The position numbers and the translations under genes were made by a program. DNA of 64,000 nucleotides, from the NCBI GenBank assembly GCA_030141605.1, contig JAQGDQ010000229.1, positions 294,743 to 358,742 of the forward strand, written 5' to 3'. Under the pieces are notes generated by a model that made no database searches, was not told the DNA's origin, and saw only the letters and a program-made list of their open reading frames with translations. Positions within the stretch are counted from its first letter, which is position 1, and every line of letters begins with the position of its first letter. Shown here piece after piece: positions 61,614-64,000 of the stretch. The stretch comes from Tubiluchus corallicola. Its lineage: Eukaryota; Animalia; Priapulida.

Positions 61614-64000
61614 AATTTTATTTGTGCTTAGGTGTGGCTGAAAAAGATATGGTATAAAGAAATCCTTCATGAGATCTCGGCAACGCGTAATTACCTTTGC
61701 AACCACTATTGTACTGAAAGAATACAACCAGAAGTTCATTGATGCACTAACTGCTAAACTGCTTGCTGCTTATCCTCTGAGTTCCATGAATGGGACTGAA
61801 GACCCAACATTTGTTCATCTGTATTACAAGAAACATCCGGGTATTATTGAATATGTGAATCTTCTTATTACCTATGTGATACTATTACTTTATATTTATT
61901 TTTCCGTTAAGAAGATAGAGATGGTGAAATCAAAATGGGGCCTCGCCGTGAGCGCCGTGTGCACTGTCATTGCATCGTTATTGATGTCGTTGTCCGTTTG
62001 CGTTTATTTTGGTCTCACACCTACGGTTAATAAAGGTGAAATTTTCCCTTATCTTGTTGTGATTTTGGGTCTTGAGAATATCCTTGTGCTGACGAAGAGT
62101 GTTGTTTCCACGCCGGTGGATTTGGACGTCAAGTTGCGGATTGCTCAAGGTCTGAGTCGTGAAGGGTGGTCAATCACGAAGAATCTCCTCACCGAGTTAC
62201 TGATTTTGTTCATTGGATTTTTCACGTTCGTCCCAGCCATACAGGAGTTTTGTTTGTTTGCTGTCATCGGACTGATATCAGATTTCTTCCTGCAGCTGTT
62301 TTTCTTTACCACAGTGTTATCCATTGACATTCGCAGGATAGAAGTATCTGAGATGGAACGGCAACGGCTACTGCAAGCCCGGGATGCGACCATGGTTGAC
62401 ATGCCATTTCCTGTCACTAATTCGTCGAGATGTCCCGTTATGGATTGCTTTGAATCACCAGCAAGGTAGGCTAGTCAACTGCTTGTTTTTACTGGCACTT
62501 TGCCAAAATGATGCTTTTGCAGCTATGTACTCTTATTTGTCAGAATCTAAAGTTCTAAACTAACAAATTTTATAAGTAAAGGGACTAGTTGTACACTTTG
62601 GCTCATTGCCTATCTGATACAGCATTCACTGTAGTATTGTGTTGCACTTGGCGTCACAAATAGGTTAGTCTTGCTCGGTTCATATTTAAGTTTGTATCAG
62701 TTATCAATTGTTTGATATAATGTCTGTTATGTGTCGGTATGATGTGCTGACTAGACAATGGCAATAAAACTAATAATATGTTATATTAGCATGTAACGTA
62801 AGTTTTATTGAAACCTGAAACTCAACACAACGTTGGTGGCATGATAGGAGCCTTGGCTTATTATCCTTTGTACCCTGCTAAGATGAGCTACTGAACTGGC
62901 AGAGGTGTCGTAGTTATGTTCAATACATATGCAGTATACAACTTCTCTGTACAAGGTAAACAACCGGGTAAGCATAATGAACGATACTACATAGCGTGAG
63001 TGTCGCATCCAAGCAGTCATGAGCCATTCAGGGAAGTGTCTCCACATTACGGTGTATATCTACTTTGCTATGATTCCCCACAAGTAGTAACAAGCAGAGC
63101 AAATTAACTGCCTGCCCAAGTATGGCCTGTTATTGCGAATTGCCTCACTAACGTAGCATCCCCATTTTAGTTAATTACTGTCGAATGATTGGCCTGTCGT
63201 TTGTGCATTCATAATTGTTGAGTTTTTGTCCACAGAAGGAGCGGGTTCCATATTCAGATGAAGCAGTTTTATTTTCACAAGTCATTATTACCCATTATAA
63301 TTGGTAAAGTAAACTGCAATGGTTTATAAAAATTCTGGCAATCACAGTCATAATTGCTACAGATAGCGTTAGTTGCCAGCTAATTTGGTATTAATTTTCC
63401 CAAATAAGTTAATCATTTTCTGCAGCTTTTTTGTTATTATTTTTGCACAGTGATTTTACTGATGTTACAGGTTGTCTCGACCGAAGTCATCCGCAGCTAG
63501 TCTCAGCAGTAGAAATACGTCAGTATCTAGCAGTCCACGGACACCAACACCTTCCGATGCAGAGTGCGGCTTTGAAATCCCACTTATTTTTGAAAAACTG
63601 CCAAAAAGGCTAAAATTTCTATACTTTTGGGCCCGAACTCGAATGATGCAGAGAGTAATGATGGTATAAACTACTTTCTTTATGTTTTTAGTTTATTTAT
63701 AGTAGGTAATGTTGTTATTAATTACTGATTTACAAAAAAAATTTTAATCTGTTGCTTAACAACAGCAACAATATGGGTTTGTTTTTAAACAAACACTTAA
63801 AATTTATATATTCTGATTTAACTGCTTATATTTTCATATCTTTTGAAAGAATTTATCTAACCACAAAATGACTAAGAAGTTGCAGGCATTTGATTAATAA
63901 TAGCTTGTTACATTTTAATCATTATAGGTATCTGACTTATATTTATTTTAGAGTACATTTCTTTTTCCAACAAAAAATGTACCCAACTTTATCACCACTT
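61614..64000 (+). pseudogene. SCAP: Inverted partial duplicate of SCAP (sterol-sensing-domain exon, next exon and introns), frameshifted at its 5' end; continues past the window edge
   Basis: Reverse complement of 57463-59850; exon copies at 61632-62465 and 63471-63663. A 1-nt deletion gives an in-frame TAA at 61655-61657; a downstream ATG at 61669 opens a 266-aa SSD ORF. Confidence 0.85.

Overview
AT-rich, intron-rich invertebrate-type metazoan DNA with no prokaryotic features. Four gene models can be read. (1) A minus-strand multi-exon gene (~20940-26496, ~445 aa) with a single atypical C2H2 finger and a possibly decayed 3' coding tail. (2) A divergently transcribed plus-strand, single-coding-exon 1682-aa protein with ~22 C2H2 fingers and two AT-hooks (33174-38222). 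It shares an unusual N-terminal finger-plus-extension domain with gene 1. (3) SCAP (SREBP cleavage-activating protein) on the minus strand, 15 phase-consistent exons at 40937-60927 including one probable GC-AG intron; its N-terminal exons lie outside the window. (4) An intronless, divergent GT8 GXYLT/Shams-like glycosyltransferase nested on the same strand in a SCAP intron, beside a decayed partial duplicate. The most unusual structure is a >=2.4-kb near-perfect inverted duplication of the SCAP sterol-sensing-domain exons (57463-59850 vs 61614-64000). Its spacer holds a unique SCAP exon, and the duplicate is frameshifted only at its spacer-proximal end. The first ~19 kb is mostly repeats (microsatellites, SINEs, fold-back/MITE elements, LINE remnants) with a few orphan exon candidates. 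All alignments and translations were done by eye; no database searches were run.
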